Assembly: GCA_965602015.1 (NCBI GenBank)
Contig: OZ271918.1
Location: 1,792,001-1,856,000, forward strand
Source of the DNA: Salinispira sp.
GTDB lineage: Bacteria; Spirochaetota; Spirochaetia; DSM-27196; Salinispiraceae
DNA: 64,000 nt
Reading direction: 5' to 3'
The translations under genes and the position numbers were made by a program. Below are positions 49,346-60,615 of this stretch, in pieces (the stretch's first letter is position 1; each line of letters begins with the position of its first letter). The notes below the pieces were generated by a model. The model was given only the letters and a program-made list of their open reading frames with translations. It was not told where the DNA came from and did not search any database.

Positions 49346-51091
49346 TTACATCACTTCAAGAAAGGGTACATTTATCAGGTCGAATCCCGAGCGGAGGACC
49401 GCCCTTACCCCCCAAGCCAGATATAAGCGGGCATAACGCAAAGATTCATCGGGACAGTTAAGCACCGGGTGGTCGTGGTAAAAACGGGAAAAGGTCTTCC
49501 CCAGGTCGTAGAGGTATGCGGCGATTTGAGATGGATCGTAATCCGCTCCGGCGCTCTCCACCACCTCGGGGTAGCGCGCGAGGAGCTTCACCAACTCCCA
49601 CTCCTCGGGTTGCGTCAGGGACTCCCAACGGATTTCCTTTACGGGCGGAAGCTCGCTGTTGTACTTGCGAAACATGCTGGATATTCTCGCTCCAACGTAC
49701 TGAAGATAGGGACCGGTGTTTCCGTTGAACGAGAGGGATTCCCGGGGATTAAAAGTCATATCCTTTGCAGGGCTAATCTGCAGCAAGTAATAGTGGACGG
49801 CCGCCAAAGCAACCGCTTCAGCCGTTGCATCGGGATTCTCCAAGTCGGCGTCCCTGCCCTTTTCCCGGATTTCTTCCAGGGCCCCGTCATGCAGCTCGTC
49901 GAGAAGATTATCCGCATCCACAACCGTACCTTCGCGGCTCTTCATGCGTCCGTCGGGCAGGCTCACCATGCCGTAGGACAGATGGTATAGATTCTCAGCC
50001 CATTCGTAACCGAGTTTCTTCATTATGTGAAAAAGCACCCGGAAGTGATAATTCTGCTCGGACATAACCACATACACGAGTCTGGTAAAGGGCCAATCGC
50101 TGTGCCTGCTGATGGCGGTGCCGATGTCCTGTGTCATGTACACGCTGGTACCGTCTTTTCTCAGCAGCACTTTTTTATCGAGCTTAATGTCCTCCAGGTC
50201 GATCCAGATGGTGCCCTCTTCATCTTTATAAAAAGCTCCGTCACGCAGGCCCTGGAGCACGTTGTCCTTGCCAAGTTTATAAGTTTGATGCTCATAGTAA
50301 ATGTCGTCGAAGTGAATCCCCGTTCGTTTGTAGGTTTCTCCGATTCCGTCCAAGGCCCAGCGGTTCATTTTTTCCCAGAGCTCCAGGGTTGCCGGGTCTC
50401 CGGCCTCCCACTTCCCGAGCATTTCCTGGGACCGCCTCTCCGCATCCGGGTCGGAGGCAGCCATCTCGTTGTACTTAACATAGAAGTCGCCAACAAAGTG
50501 GTCGGACTTCCTCCCCTCGGATTCAGGGGTTTTCCCATCGCCGTGTTCGGCGTAGGCCAGCATGGAGCGGCAGATGTGAACACCACGGTCGTTTACCAGA
50601 TTGACTTTTTTTACCTCAGCGCCGTTCGCCTTCAGGATGCGGGCCACCGATTCCCCCAAGGCATTATTCCGCAGATGACCGAGATGAAGGGGTTTGTTGG
50701 TATTAGGCGAAGAAAACTCCACCATTATTTTTTCACCGGCAAATGATGATCCCCGGCCGTAGGCATCTCCCTGAACGCTCATGGCATCCAGGGTATCTTT
50801 GGCCAGGGCGGCGCGGTCAAGGCGCACATTTACATAGGGCCCGGCGGAAGCCGCCTCCATACCGTTCTCGCTCAGAGTTCGGGCGAGCTCAGCGGCGATT
50901 ACCGGAGGACCCATCCGCAAAATCTTGGCAAAAGGAAACATGGGAAATGCCAAATCCCCCAGCTGGGGATTCGGTGGGGTCTCCACCGCTATGAGCTCAA
51001 TAGGGACCGGGGTCTCGACATTCTTACTGTGGGCAAACTCGCTTATCGCCGCATGAACTGCGCCGATCATCGCTTCTTTGAAGGCTTTCAT
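49346..51091 (-). CDS. argS: Arginine--tRNA ligase
   Basis: VEFSSPNTNKPLHLGHLRN; MKSREG; GNTGPYLQY. Confidence 0.98.
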   Translation of the reverse strand: MKAFKEAMIGAVHAAISEFAHSKNVETPVPIELIAVETPPNPQLGDLAFPMFPFAKILRMGPPVIAAELARTLSENGMEAASAGPYVNVRLDRAALAKDTLDAMSVQGDAYGRGSSFAGEKIMVEFSSPNTNKPLHLGHLRNNALGESVARILKANGAEVKKVNLVNDRGVHICRSMLAYAEHGDGKTPESEGRKSDHFVGDFYVKYNEMAASDPDAERRSQEMLGKWEAGDPATLELWEKMNRWALDGIGETYKRTGIHFDDIYYEHQTYKLGKDNVLQGLRDGAFYKDEEGTIWIDLEDIKLDKKVLLRKDGTSVYMTQDIGTAISRHSDWPFTRLVYVVMSEQNYHFRVLFHIMKKLGYEWAENLYHLSYGMVSLPDGRMKSREGTVVDADNLLDELHDGALEEIREKGRDADLENPDATAEAVALAAVHYYLLQISPAKDMTFNPRESLSFNGNTGPYLQYVGARISSMFRKYNSELPPVKEIRWESLTQPEEWELVKLLARYPEVVESAGADYDPSQIAAYLYDLGKTFSRFYHDHPVLNCPDESLRYARLYLAWGVRAVLRSGFDLINVPFLEVM

Positions 51092-51126
51092 TTTGCAATC
51101 CTTTGGGTTATCTCCGCGTAGCTACA

Positions 51127-51969
51127 CTAGGGAGCCGCATAAACGGCAAGCATGCGTGAGTAATTCTCGCTGCCGTCCTGCCGGTATGAAAATAAACCAG
51201 AATGGGAGACTGTGCAACTGTCCCAGATATCCAGGCGCTCCAGGCCAATCTCCGTCGCCAGGGCAGTATTTGCCGCCCGTAGATCGAGATAACGGCCCTG
51301 CGCGGCAACCAGGCCGAATCTCCGAGAAAAAAGGCCTGCGCGATCCTGGGAGACCTGGTATTTTTGTGCGGAAATACAGGGTCCGAGAACCACCCGGGCT
51401 CCTATCCGCCTCAGTCCGGCGGTACCGAACAGGCGGCGGAGAATGCCCGTGCCCGCCCAGCCCGAGTGCAATAAGGCCCGGGAATCGCCCTGAGTCGCAA
51501 ATATGGGCATACAGTCGGCTACGGTTACCGCCAGATGAAGAGTCGGATCATTCGTTACAATGCCGTCGGCCTCTATGCTGAGAAGATCAGCCCAGTTTTG
51601 GCGAAACTCCCGGGCATTCCAGCTAAAGAGCGGAACCGGGAGATGTTCAATATACTCGTTCTCCTTCCATGCCGCCCCCAAGAGGCTGATCTGCCGATTG
51701 CCTTCTGAGTCGAGTTCGATGGAAAGGATATTCATGCTGTGAATTTGCATTGTGGAAATAAGGGGAAACCTTCCGGAGGGTCGGGTATGAGGGAGAAAAT
51801 CCCCCAGAATCTCTTGTCTCCGCGGGGCTCCGGAAATGCCTGAAGGGCCGGCGTCGCCGATTTTTCTGCCCGAAAGAATCATTGTCGGACGGCGGTATCT
51901 GTCTGTCCGGTTATCGAGTATGTACCAACCGGCGAGGTCAATCAGTTTATTACTGCGATGTATCTCCAC
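51127..51969 (-). CDS. PgeF/YfiH (laccase-domain, purine nucleoside phosphorylase-like) protein
   Basis: QIHS, TVADCMPI, HSGWAGT, GPCI, FSYR; GTG 51969 with GGAGG RBS chosen, start uncertain. Confidence 0.85.
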   Translation of the reverse strand: MEIHRSNKLIDLAGWYILDNRTDRYRRPTMILSGRKIGDAGPSGISGAPRRQEILGDFLPHTRPSGRFPLISTMQIHSMNILSIELDSEGNRQISLLGAAWKENEYIEHLPVPLFSWNAREFRQNWADLLSIEADGIVTNDPTLHLAVTVADCMPIFATQGDSRALLHSGWAGTGILRRLFGTAGLRRIGARVVLGPCISAQKYQVSQDRAGLFSRRFGLVAAQGRYLDLRAANTALATEIGLERLDIWDSCTVSHSGLFSYRQDGSENYSRMLAVYAAP

Positions 51970-52049
51970 CTTGCCTCCAGCCCCGCAATGGGTAAACTCC
52001 GAGGATAGCCTTGACAAAGACTGTCCATCCAGCGATTGTATATACATAC

Positions 52050-52136
52050 ATGAATACGAATATTTTTGCATCAGCTTCCCGCAGCATCTCAACAATAATT
52101 GCCATTGCTCTCATTATTATTGACCGAAGCAGCTAA
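52050..52136 (+). CDS. Ile-rich attenuator leader peptide MNTNIFASASRSISTIIAIALIIIDRSS
   Basis: 28 codons, 8 Ile, directly followed by a terminator, upstream of cimA. Confidence 0.78.
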   Translation: MNTNIFASASRSISTIIAIALIIIDRSS

Positions 52137-52156
52137 GCGGGGGCACATGCAGCGAG

Positions 52157-52187
52157 AAGCCGCTTCCCCGGGAAGCGGCTTTTTTTT
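52157..52187 (+). terminator. Attenuator terminator upstream of cimA
   Basis: AAGCCGCTTCC-CCG-GGAAGCGGCTT plus T run. Confidence 0.85.
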
Positions 52188-52239
52188 GGAAAAAATATTT
52201 CTGCAGCCGGAACTATGTTAAACCCGGCGAGGAGGAACC

Positions 52240-53808
52240 ATGGGCAGGAAAATAGCGATTTTTGATACAACGCTTCGCGACGGCATGCAGGGAATCGAAA
52301 TCAATTATACCCTGGAAGACAAACTTGAAATCGCCCAGCGATTGGATGCACTGGGAATTGATTACATCGAGGGCGGCTTCCCCATGAGCAATGAAAAGGA
52401 AGCAGAGTTTTTTCGCAGAGTGAAAACAATGAATTTCCGCCACTCGTCGATTGCAAGTTTCGGGTCCACCCGTAAAGCCGGGGGGTCGGCGGACAGCGAT
52501 GGCCACATCCGAGCCCTTCTCGAAGCGGAAACGCCAACGGTAGTGGTGGTGGGCAAGACCTGGACAGAACACGTCACCAAGGTCATCGGCACAGACCTGG
52601 AAGAAAACCTGAGGATGATTGCCGATTCCATCGGCTTTCTGAAAAAACAGGACCGCGAGGTGGTATTCGATCTGGAACATTTTTTTGATGGCTACAAGGC
52701 AAACCCCGATTATGCCATAAAAGTGCTTTCCGCCGGACGGGATGCCGGCGCCGACGTTTTGGTTCCCTGCGACACCAACGGGGGAACCCTTCCCCACGAA
52801 GTCCAGCAGATCTATCGGGACCTGGTGAGCGCCGGATTTGAAAATCTCGGCGGACATTTCCACAACGACTGCGGTACCGCGGTGGCGAATAGTCTCGCCG
52901 CTGTAAACGAAGGCGCGAACCACATACAGGGCACCATCAACGGCTGGGGCGAGCGCTGCGGAAACGCCAATCTCTGCGCCATTATGCCGAATCTCACCCT
53001 GAAAATGGATTACGAGGCCAACTGCAAACCTCACATGATGCACCTCACTTCAATGAGCCGATTCGTCGCCGAAAAAGCAAACATCATCCCGGACAAACGT
53101 CAGGCCTTCGTCGGCGTGGCGGCATTCTCCCACAAGGCCGGGCAGCATGCCGACGTCATAATAAAGGCCCCCCACCTCATGGAGCAATTGGACGGAAAGC
53201 TGGTTGGAAACTCCCGGCAGGTGCTGCTCAGCGAGCTGGCGGGCAAATCCACCATAATGGAAAAACTTAAAAAGTACGGTGATTTTTCTAAAAACGACGA
53301 TGTGGTTAAGCAGCTCATCGAGGAATTAAAGCGAAGGGAAAATGACGGCTATGAGTACGAGGCAGCCGAGGCGAGCTTCGATCTTCTAATGCGCAAGGCT
53401 CTCGGCAAATACACTTCTCTTGTTCAACTTAAGAATTATCATCTTGAAAGCTACAAAACCGCCAGCGCGCAGAGCCACACTGTCGGTCGGATGTTCCTCG
53501 ACGATGACGGAACCGAGGTGATGGGAGCCGCGGTAGGAGTGGGACCGGTGGAAACCCTGGACGGCGCCCTTCGAAACGCCCTGTATCCCCACTATCCCCT
53601 TTTGAAAAATGTCAAACTCATCGACTACCGCGTGAGGGTTCTCAACCCCGAGAGCGCATCGGCAGCGAAGGTCAGGGTTTTTATAACCAGTTCGGACGGA
53701 ACAAGGGACTGGGGTACCGTGGGGGTGAATGAAAACATCGTCGAGGCCAGCTGGGAAGCTCTTCTGGACAGTTTTGAATACTACCTCAACAACGACGTCG
53801 AGCCGTAA
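52240..53808 (+). CDS. cimA: Citramalate synthase
   Basis: DTTLRDGMQG, FGSTR, DLEHFFDGYK, HFHNDCG, GERCGNANL, HKAG.H, LeuA-type regulatory C-terminus. Confidence 0.92.
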   Translation: MGRKIAIFDTTLRDGMQGIEINYTLEDKLEIAQRLDALGIDYIEGGFPMSNEKEAEFFRRVKTMNFRHSSIASFGSTRKAGGSADSDGHIRALLEAETPTVVVVGKTWTEHVTKVIGTDLEENLRMIADSIGFLKKQDREVVFDLEHFFDGYKANPDYAIKVLSAGRDAGADVLVPCDTNGGTLPHEVQQIYRDLVSAGFENLGGHFHNDCGTAVANSLAAVNEGANHIQGTINGWGERCGNANLCAIMPNLTLKMDYEANCKPHMMHLTSMSRFVAEKANIIPDKRQAFVGVAAFSHKAGQHADVIIKAPHLMEQLDGKLVGNSRQVLLSELAGKSTIMEKLKKYGDFSKNDDVVKQLIEELKRRENDGYEYEAAEASFDLLMRKALGKYTSLVQLKNYHLESYKTASAQSHTVGRMFLDDDGTEVMGAAVGVGPVETLDGALRNALYPHYPLLKNVKLIDYRVRVLNPESASAAKVRVFITSSDGTRDWGTVGVNENIVEASWEALLDSFEYYLNNDVEP

Positions 53809-53811
53809 TCT

Positions 53812-55113
53812 GTGCAGGGCGGCGGCAATTCTCCAGGGCCAGCCTGGAGGAAAAAGAACTCAATCGAGATTTTGCTGCTGTCGCCCTATCACGCCGCAAG
53901 CCACGCGTATTGGGCAGATCAGTTGATTTCGGGCATTCGAGAAATCCGGGGCGTTGCGGTAACATGGAATCTGCGTTCCCTGCCTCCCCGCCACTTCGCA
54001 TTTCGGCTCAAAGCAGCGCCCTTGAGCCTCTGGGATTATTTTTCAGAAAGCGGCCTTTGTGTTCCGGACTTGCTCATAGCCACCAGCAGCACTGACCTCA
54101 CTTCCCTTCGGTCCTGGTTCCCCGCTATGAGGGCTGTGCCATGCCTTTTATATTTCCACGAGAACCAGTTCGTCTATCCGCCCGGGGCCTACCGGAGCCG
54201 TGAGCAGCAGCGGGATTTTTGCCTTACTCAGCTCTATTCAGCACTGGCCGCCGACTGCATCGCTTTTAACTCCCGCTGGAACCGGGAAAGCTTTTTGGAG
54301 GGAGTCAACGGCCTGTTGAACGCCCTCCCGGAAGCCATGAGTCCCGGCATTTCGAAGATTCTCGAAGAAAAAAGCAGGGTCATATACCTGCCGGTTGCTG
54401 ACCCCCGCCTTGTGCCCGGGGAAAATGAGGCAGGCTCGGCTACCCGGCATGGAGATCGGCGGGATTCGGGCACCGCCGTACTGCAGATCCGGCCGCCAAC
54501 GCAGTTAACAGCTCGCACCAATTCCGTCCCCCATTTTATTTGGCCTCATCGCTGGGAATACGACAAGGGGCCGGGCACATTGCAGGAGTTTTGCCGAACC
54601 ATGGATGAGCAGGGGCATGATTTTCGCTTGAGTCTGCTCGGCCGCAAATTCCGCACTGTTCCCGGGGAAATCTCCGAGATACTTGAGGCCTATGCCCGCC
54701 AGATTGTGCGTGCCGTGCCGTTTGCCGATACGGCGGAGTATTACGGCTTTTTACGACACTGGGGCGAAACAGACAACAGCTGGGTAATTTCCACGGCCGA
54801 CCATGAATTTTTCGGGATTTCTGTGGTCGAGGCCGTACTTGCGGGATGTACTCCCCTGGTTCCCGACGGGCTTTCCTACCGGGAACTCATTGCCGAGCGT
54901 TGGAGATACGAATACCGCCGCGGCCAGAGTGAGAAAAGCCGGGCTCAGGCCATGTATAATCATTGGAAGAATCTCGAAATAACCCAGAGGTCCAAATCCG
55001 ACCCGCTGAGCGATCTGCTCATGGATCCCCGACCCTCCGCACGGCTTGAGGACTATCGCCTAATCATCGCGGATTTGCTGGACAGGGATTGTAATCATCA
55101 CCCTGAGCATTGA
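53812..55113 (+). CDS. DUF3524 GT4 glycosyltransferase (GTDC1/QTMAN-like)
   Basis: PYHAASH..W, YFHENQ..YP, SALAAD..FNS, HRWEYDKGP, STADHEFFG..VVEA, LSYRE. Confidence 0.85.
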   Translation: MQGGGNSPGPAWRKKNSIEILLLSPYHAASHAYWADQLISGIREIRGVAVTWNLRSLPPRHFAFRLKAAPLSLWDYFSESGLCVPDLLIATSSTDLTSLRSWFPAMRAVPCLLYFHENQFVYPPGAYRSREQQRDFCLTQLYSALAADCIAFNSRWNRESFLEGVNGLLNALPEAMSPGISKILEEKSRVIYLPVADPRLVPGENEAGSATRHGDRRDSGTAVLQIRPPTQLTARTNSVPHFIWPHRWEYDKGPGTLQEFCRTMDEQGHDFRLSLLGRKFRTVPGEISEILEAYARQIVRAVPFADTAEYYGFLRHWGETDNSWVISTADHEFFGISVVEAVLAGCTPLVPDGLSYRELIAERWRYEYRRGQSEKSRAQAMYNHWKNLEITQRSKSDPLSDLLMDPRPSARLEDYRLIIADLLDRDCNHHPEH

Positions 55114-55202
55114 GCTTGATATCCATGGCCAGAGAGTTTAAATCGAGTACTCGAAGCGACGGCTCAGCTCAAGCCCGGGCATAAACCCCGGCAAACTCTG
55201 TG

Positions 55203-58200
55203 TCACAGGGCTTGAACCCGAAGCTCACCGCTGACCAGATAGCGGATACCTTCGACCGCAGCCCTGGCTGCGGAAATGGTTGTGGTATAGGGTACCTTGT
55301 ATCGCAGAGTGTGGATTCTCAGGTATCCGTCATCCATCTGGGTAAAGCGGCCCCGGGGAGTATTGATTACCAGATCCACCCGTCCGGCTTCCAGGTGATC
55401 GACTACATTGGGATTCCCCTCATGAACCTTGAGAACCACCTCGCTCATGATGCCCTGATCAAAGAGATATTGAGCGGTGCCCCGGGTAGCCATTATTTCG
55501 AATCCCATCTCCACAAGGTCCTTCACGATCGGCAGGACCGCTTCCTTGTCGAAGTGGTTCACTGAAACGAACACCCTTCCAGCAGTCGGAAGCCTGGTTC
55601 CGGTGGCGCTGGAAGCCTTGGCGAAGGCCTCTCCAAAACTCTGCCCCAGGCCTATGGCCTCGCCGGTGGATTTCATTTCCGGACCCAACATGGGATCGGT
55701 GTCCTGGAATCGGTCGAAGCTGAACATTGCTTCCTTTACTGCCCACCCGGTCCTGCACTCGCCCATACCCACGGCTTTTAGCGCCTTTCCGTCGCTGCCA
55801 AGCGCAGGATTTTCCAGAAGACCCTGCTGGGCAAGATCAACACCTTCCCAAAGCTTCACTGCCGCATCAACCAGATCGACCCCGCTGGCCTTGGAGATAA
55901 AGGGAACCGTGCGGCTCGCCCGGGGATTCACCTCCAGGACGTACAAAACGTCGTCCTTGACGGCGAACTGGATATTCAAAAATCCCCGGACCCCTACCTC
56001 AAGGGCGATTTTCGCCGTGGCTTCGGCAATCTCAGCCTGGATATACGGGGTGGTTTTATAGGCGGGAAATACGCAGGCCGAATCTCCGGAGTGGACCCCG
56101 GCGGCTTCGATATGCTGCATAATTCCGGCGACATACACGTTCTGCCCGTCGCACAGGGCATCAACATCGTATTCAAAGGCGTCATCGAGGAACTGGTCGA
56201 CGAGAATGGGTTTTTTCTCGCTGACCTCCACATTCCGCTTGATGAACTCTTCCAGTTCCTCGCGGTTGAAGGCGATCATCATGCTGCGCCCGCCGAGGAC
56301 ATAGCTGGGGCGAAGCAGCACCGGATAGCCGATTTCGTTGGCGTACTTCTCGACTTGAGCAAGGGTTACGGCGCTGCGGTTGTCGGGCTGCGTGAGACCG
56401 AGCTTGCCCAACAGCTCGGCAAACTGACGCCGATCCTCGGCGCCTTCAATGCTCGCCACCGGCGTGCCGATGATGTTCGCGCCCCATTCGGTTAACTGCT
56501 TGGCCATATTCAGCGGGGTCTGACCCCCGAGCTGAACCACCACATCCCGGATGCCCTCGGTTTTCATGACTTCAGTCACATCTTCAAAGGTCAGCGGCTC
56601 GAGATACAGCCGGTCGGATACGTTAAAATCCGTCGACACGGTTTCGGGATTCGAATTGATGATAACGGTTTTCCGTCCCTGCCGCCGGTACGCCAAGGAT
56701 GAAAGGGTGCAGCAGGTGTCAAACTCAAGACCCTGTCCGATGCGGTTGGGGCCCGAACCGAGTATGATTACCCCCCTCCCTTCCATGGGACGGGACTCGT
56801 TTATCTCCCCCCACGTGGAATAGAAATACGGCGTGGAGGCTTCGAACTCCCCGGAGCAGGTATCCACAAAGTGATATCCCGCCTGAATCCCCATGGAGCT
56901 GCGGAAGGCAGCAATCTCTTCTGCACCAATCTGGGCTCCGGTTTTTCGACCGACGAGCTCAGCGATTCGAATATCCGACAATCCGGCCCGTTTAGCTTCG
57001 AGCAGCAGATATGGATCCCAGCCCGAGCGGACGTCAGCCGGCAGTCCGGCAATCCGGCTTTCCAGTTCGGCCAGCTCGAGCATATTGTAGAGAAACCACC
57101 GGTCGTAGCCCGTTTTGCCGTGGATGTCCTCAATGGCCTCAAGACCCCGACCGCCTTCAAATGCCCGTTTAATGGCGGTGTAACAGGCGAATATTCTCTT
57201 GGGATGTAGGGTGGCGATCATGGGAGCCAACTCTTCATCGCTGCTGGAATACTGGTCCTCAAGACCCTGCACACCCAGCTCGCAGGAGCGCAGCGCCTTG
57301 TTGAGCGCTTCGTTGTAGGTCCGGCCCAATGCCAGGGATTCGCCGACACTTTTCATTTGCGTGCCCAGGGTGGCGTAGCCCTTGGGAAATTTTTCCAATT
57401 CGAATCGCGGAACCTTTACCGCCACATAATCGAGGCTCGGTTCGAAGCAGCTGACGGTTTTTCCGGTGATGTCGTTTATTATCTCGTCGAGGGTATAGCC
57501 GACGGCGAGTTTGGCCGAACTCCTGGCGATGGGAAATCCCGTGGCCTTCGACGCCAGAGCCGAGGACCGACTGACCCGGGGATTCATCTCGATGACGATC
57601 ATACGGCCGTCTTCGGGGTTGTAGGCGAACTGGACATTAGATCCACCGCAGTCAACTCCCACCGCCCGCAGGATATCGATAGATGCGCTGCGCATTTTTT
57701 GATACTCCACATCCGAGAGGGTCTGGATGGGAGCAACGGTGATGGAATCGCCGGTATGAACGCCCATGGGATCGACATTTTCAATGGAGCAAATTATCAC
57801 CGCATTGTCGGCCTTGTCCCGCATGACCTCCATCTCGAATTCCTTCCATCCGAGGAGGCTTTCTTCAATAAGGGCCTGATGCACCGGAGATTCATCCAGG
57901 GCTCGACGGATTTTCGGAGCAACTTCCTCCCAGGTCTCGGCTATGGAACCTCCCCGGCCACCCAGGGTGAAACTCGGCCTGATAATCAGGGGCACGCCCT
58001 GTTTCTCAGCGAAGGCCATGGCGGAATCAAAGTCATTGGCTATGATGCTCTTGGCGCTCTGAAGACCGATTTTGGTCATCAGTTCCTTGAATTCTCCCCG
58101 GTCCTCGGCGACCCGTATGCTTTCTAACCCCGCGCCGAGCAGCTCGAGCTTATACTTCTCAAAAATACCCGCTTCTCCGAGCTCAAGCGCCAGGTTTAGG

Positions 58201-58484
58201 GCGGTTTGCCCTCCCATGGTCGGCAGGACGGCGTCGGGCTTTTCCTTTTTTATGATTTCTTCCACATATGGAACCTCAAGGGGATCCATGTAAATCACAT
58301 CCGCCGTTCCGGGGGTGGTCATGATTGTTGCGGGATTCGGATTGACCAGAACAACCTCATAGCCCTCTTCCTTTAATGCCTTGACCGCCTGGTTCCCCGA
58401 ATAGTCGAACTCACAAGCCTGGCCTATGACGATGGGACCCGAACCAAAGAGCAGTATTTTCTTGATATCTTTCCGTGCCGGCAT
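55203..58484 (-). CDS. carB: Carbamoyl-phosphate synthase large subunit
   Basis: [30 protein letters not shown]; duplicated ATP-grasp; MGS domain. Confidence 0.99.
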   Translation of the reverse strand: MPARKDIKKILLFGSGPIVIGQACEFDYSGNQAVKALKEEGYEVVLVNPNPATIMTTPGTADVIYMDPLEVPYVEEIIKKEKPDAVLPTMGGQTALNLALELGEAGIFEKYKLELLGAGLESIRVAEDRGEFKELMTKIGLQSAKSIIANDFDSAMAFAEKQGVPLIIRPSFTLGGRGGSIAETWEEVAPKIRRALDESPVHQALIEESLLGWKEFEMEVMRDKADNAVIICSIENVDPMGVHTGDSITVAPIQTLSDVEYQKMRSASIDILRAVGVDCGGSNVQFAYNPEDGRMIVIEMNPRVSRSSALASKATGFPIARSSAKLAVGYTLDEIINDITGKTVSCFEPSLDYVAVKVPRFELEKFPKGYATLGTQMKSVGESLALGRTYNEALNKALRSCELGVQGLEDQYSSSDEELAPMIATLHPKRIFACYTAIKRAFEGGRGLEAIEDIHGKTGYDRWFLYNMLELAELESRIAGLPADVRSGWDPYLLLEAKRAGLSDIRIAELVGRKTGAQIGAEEIAAFRSSMGIQAGYHFVDTCSGEFEASTPYFYSTWGEINESRPMEGRGVIILGSGPNRIGQGLEFDTCCTLSSLAYRRQGRKTVIINSNPETVSTDFNVSDRLYLEPLTFEDVTEVMKTEGIRDVVVQLGGQTPLNMAKQLTEWGANIIGTPVASIEGAEDRRQFAELLGKLGLTQPDNRSAVTLAQVEKYANEIGYPVLLRPSYVLGGRSMMIAFNREELEEFIKRNVEVSEKKPILVDQFLDDAFEYDVDALCDGQNVYVAGIMQHIEAAGVHSGDSACVFPAYKTTPYIQAEIAEATAKIALEVGVRGFLNIQFAVKDDVLYVLEVNPRASRTVPFISKASGVDLVDAAVKLWEGVDLAQQGLLENPALGSDGKALKAVGMGECRTGWAVKEAMFSFDRFQDTDPMLGPEMKSTGEAIGLGQSFGEAFAKASSATGTRLPTAGRVFVSVNHFDKEAVLPIVKDLVEMGFEIMATRGTAQYLFDQGIMSEVVLKVHEGNPNVVDHLEAGRVDLVINTPRGRFTQMDDGYLRIHTLRYKVPYTTTISAARAAVEGIRYLVSGELRVQAL

Positions 58485-58485
58485 C

Positions 58486-59721
58486 TTATGCTCCCCGCTT
58501 TTTACTGCTGTTGTCTCTGTCGCCACGCTCTACGGCTCTCAGAAATTCCTCAAAAATCCAGTGGGAATCATAGGGACCCGGAGCGCTCTCCGGGTGAAAC
58601 TGGGCCGAAAGCACCGGAAGCTCGTCGTTCCTCAGCCCTTCTATGCTGCGGTCATTCGCATTGCGGAACCACACTTCTGTTCCCGAAGGCAGACTTTCTT
58701 CATCCACTGCAAAGCCGTGATTCTGACTGGTAACAAAAACCCTTTTGCTGCGCTCATCCCGGACCGGATGATTTATGCCGTGGTGACCGAACTTCATTTT
58801 GTACGTCCTGGCTCCCAGGGCCTCGGCGATGAGCTGGTGTCCGAGGCAAATGCCGAAGACCGGCAGCGTGCCGATGAGATCCCTGACGGTGGCGATCTGA
58901 TCCTGAAGAACCTCCGGGTCTCCCGGACCGTTTGACAGCATCACGGCGTCATGTCCGCCTCCGAGGATGGTTGAGGCCGTGCTGGTGGAAGGGTAGACCG
59001 TAACGTCGCATCCGAGTTTTTCGAACTCGCGGATTATGTTTGCTTTGGTTCCGCAGTCGTAGAGGGCCAGGCGAAGTCCTTTGTAGGGTCCATCGCTGCC
59101 GGCCAGATTTATGGTTTCAACGCTGCCCACATCCGCCACCAGATTCCTGCCCTGCATTTTCGGGAATGCCTGCAGGTAGGCGGTGGCGGCCTGTATCTCG
59201 TCGGGGCTCAGTCCGAGTTCGGGGTTTTCTGCGCGAATCATAACGCCGTTGCCCGAGCCCTTATCCCGGAGTTCAAGGGTGAGACGCCGGGTATCGACCT
59301 CGGTCAGCCCGGGTACTTCATGGCGCTTGAGATATTCGTCGAGGGTGATGCGTCCAGTGGGAACCGGTCCTCGGTAGAGACTTCGAAGCACAAAGCCCGC
59401 TACCTTAACCGGCCGGGTATCGCAGCTTGTGGAGCTGGCTCCGCCGTCTGCGGATTTTATGGGCCCGGATTCGTTCCACTGGTCGAGATGTCCGTAGTTT
59501 CCCATATGTGGATAGGTCATTGAGACAATCTGACCGGTGTAGGAGGGATCGGTGAGAACTTCATGGTATCCCACCATAGCGGTATTAAAAACCACTTCGC
59601 CGGCATTGCTAAAGCTGGGAACGCCAGGCTGCAAATCCCGGGCAAGGGGAGCGGGATACCCGAACCCCCTTCCATCGTAGATGGAGCCGTTCTCCAGTAC
59701 CAGATAGGTCCGTTCCGTCAT
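58486..59721 (-). CDS. carA: Carbamoyl-phosphate synthase small subunit
   Basis: [39 protein letters not shown]. Confidence 0.98.
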   Translation of the reverse strand: MTERTYLVLENGSIYDGRGFGYPAPLARDLQPGVPSFSNAGEVVFNTAMVGYHEVLTDPSYTGQIVSMTYPHMGNYGHLDQWNESGPIKSADGGASSTSCDTRPVKVAGFVLRSLYRGPVPTGRITLDEYLKRHEVPGLTEVDTRRLTLELRDKGSGNGVMIRAENPELGLSPDEIQAATAYLQAFPKMQGRNLVADVGSVETINLAGSDGPYKGLRLALYDCGTKANIIREFEKLGCDVTVYPSTSTASTILGGGHDAVMLSNGPGDPEVLQDQIATVRDLIGTLPVFGICLGHQLIAEALGARTYKMKFGHHGINHPVRDERSKRVFVTSQNHGFAVDEESLPSGTEVWFRNANDRSIEGLRNDELPVLSAQFHPESAPGPYDSHWIFEEFLRAVERGDRDNSSKKRGA

Positions 59722-59831
59722 GAGAAACCTCCTCTGCCCATATAACGCAGCCGGACTGAGGCCGTTTCCCGGTGCGGCCTGAGGCTGCACCTAAAAAAAA
59801 ACCGGCCTCAAGCCGGATTTGAAACAAGGTA

Positions 59832-59903
59832 CTTCCCGGGGAGGATTTGAACCCCCAACAACAGAGCCAGAATCTGCCGTGTTACCAATTACACCACCGG
59901 GAA
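59832..59903 (-). tRNA. tRNA-Gln (CTG)
   Basis: TTCCCGGTGGTGTAATTGGTAACAC-G-GCAGA-TT-CTG-GC-TCTGT...GGTTCAAATCC. Confidence 0.95.
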
Positions 59904-59916
59904 ATGATCGAAAAGG

Positions 59917-59946
59917 AAGGTACCAGACTCAGCCCTGGCTTGTCAA
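59917..59946 (-). promoter_or_regulatory. Sigma-70 promoter of tRNA-Gln(CTG)
   Basis: TTGACA-18 nt-TACCTT with extended TG. Confidence 0.55.
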
Positions 59947-60014
59947 TAATAACGGAGTTTTTTTAGCTCTGGGGATAGTAAGGGAAGCGCGATGTGCAGC
60001 GGCTTCCCACAGCC

Positions 60015-60548
60015 CTACTCTCCCTGATAGTTGATGATCGTTTTAATCGGGGCGGAGCTGAGTATTTCCTCGTAGCCCAAAAAAGGCAATCCGATTACCG
60101 CGGCAAAACCAGCCACTTCCGCCGACGCCTGTTCAGTAATAATTTGGGCCGCTGCCTTCAACGTACCGCCGGTAGCTATGAGGTCATCCACAAGCAGAAC
60201 CCGGGAGCCGGCGCTGAGGTCGGCCTTGTGAACGCAAACCGTGTCGGTACCATACTCCAGGCTGTATTCCTGGCACCAGGTTTCTCCCGGAAGCTTTCCC
60301 TTTTTTCTCGCAAGGACCAGGGGCAGGCCTCGTTTCTGAGCAAGGGGCGCGGCGAAAATAAATCCCCTGGCTTCCACCGCCATCAGGCAGTCTACCTTAA
60401 GTTCGTCGATCCAACGGTCCATTTCTTCGAGACTGTAGGAGAACGCCCGGGGGTTACTCAATATGCTTGTAATGTCATAAAAATTGATTCCCGGCTTGGG
60501 AAAGTTCGGCACCCGGCGGATAGCCTGGTCAAATTCATTGATGTTCAT
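60015..60548 (-). CDS. apt: Adenine phosphoribosyltransferase
   Basis: PNFPKPGINFYDIT; EARGF; RKKGKLPG; VDDLIATGGT. Confidence 0.98.
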   Translation of the reverse strand: MNINEFDQAIRRVPNFPKPGINFYDITSILSNPRAFSYSLEEMDRWIDELKVDCLMAVEARGFIFAAPLAQKRGLPLVLARKKGKLPGETWCQEYSLEYGTDTVCVHKADLSAGSRVLLVDDLIATGGTLKAAAQIITEQASAEVAGFAAVIGLPFLGYEEILSSAPIKTIINYQGE

Positions 60549-60615
60549 GTGTTCTCCTTCCGTACTAGCGCATTCCTGCTGAGCCGGTTCGTTTCTCTAT
60601 ACCTTGAGCAGTATA

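Noticed and set aside
51970..52095. Long N-terminal extension of the PgeF-like ORF
   Set aside because: It overlaps the cimA promoter and leader, and a GGAGG-preceded GTG at 51969 is a better start.
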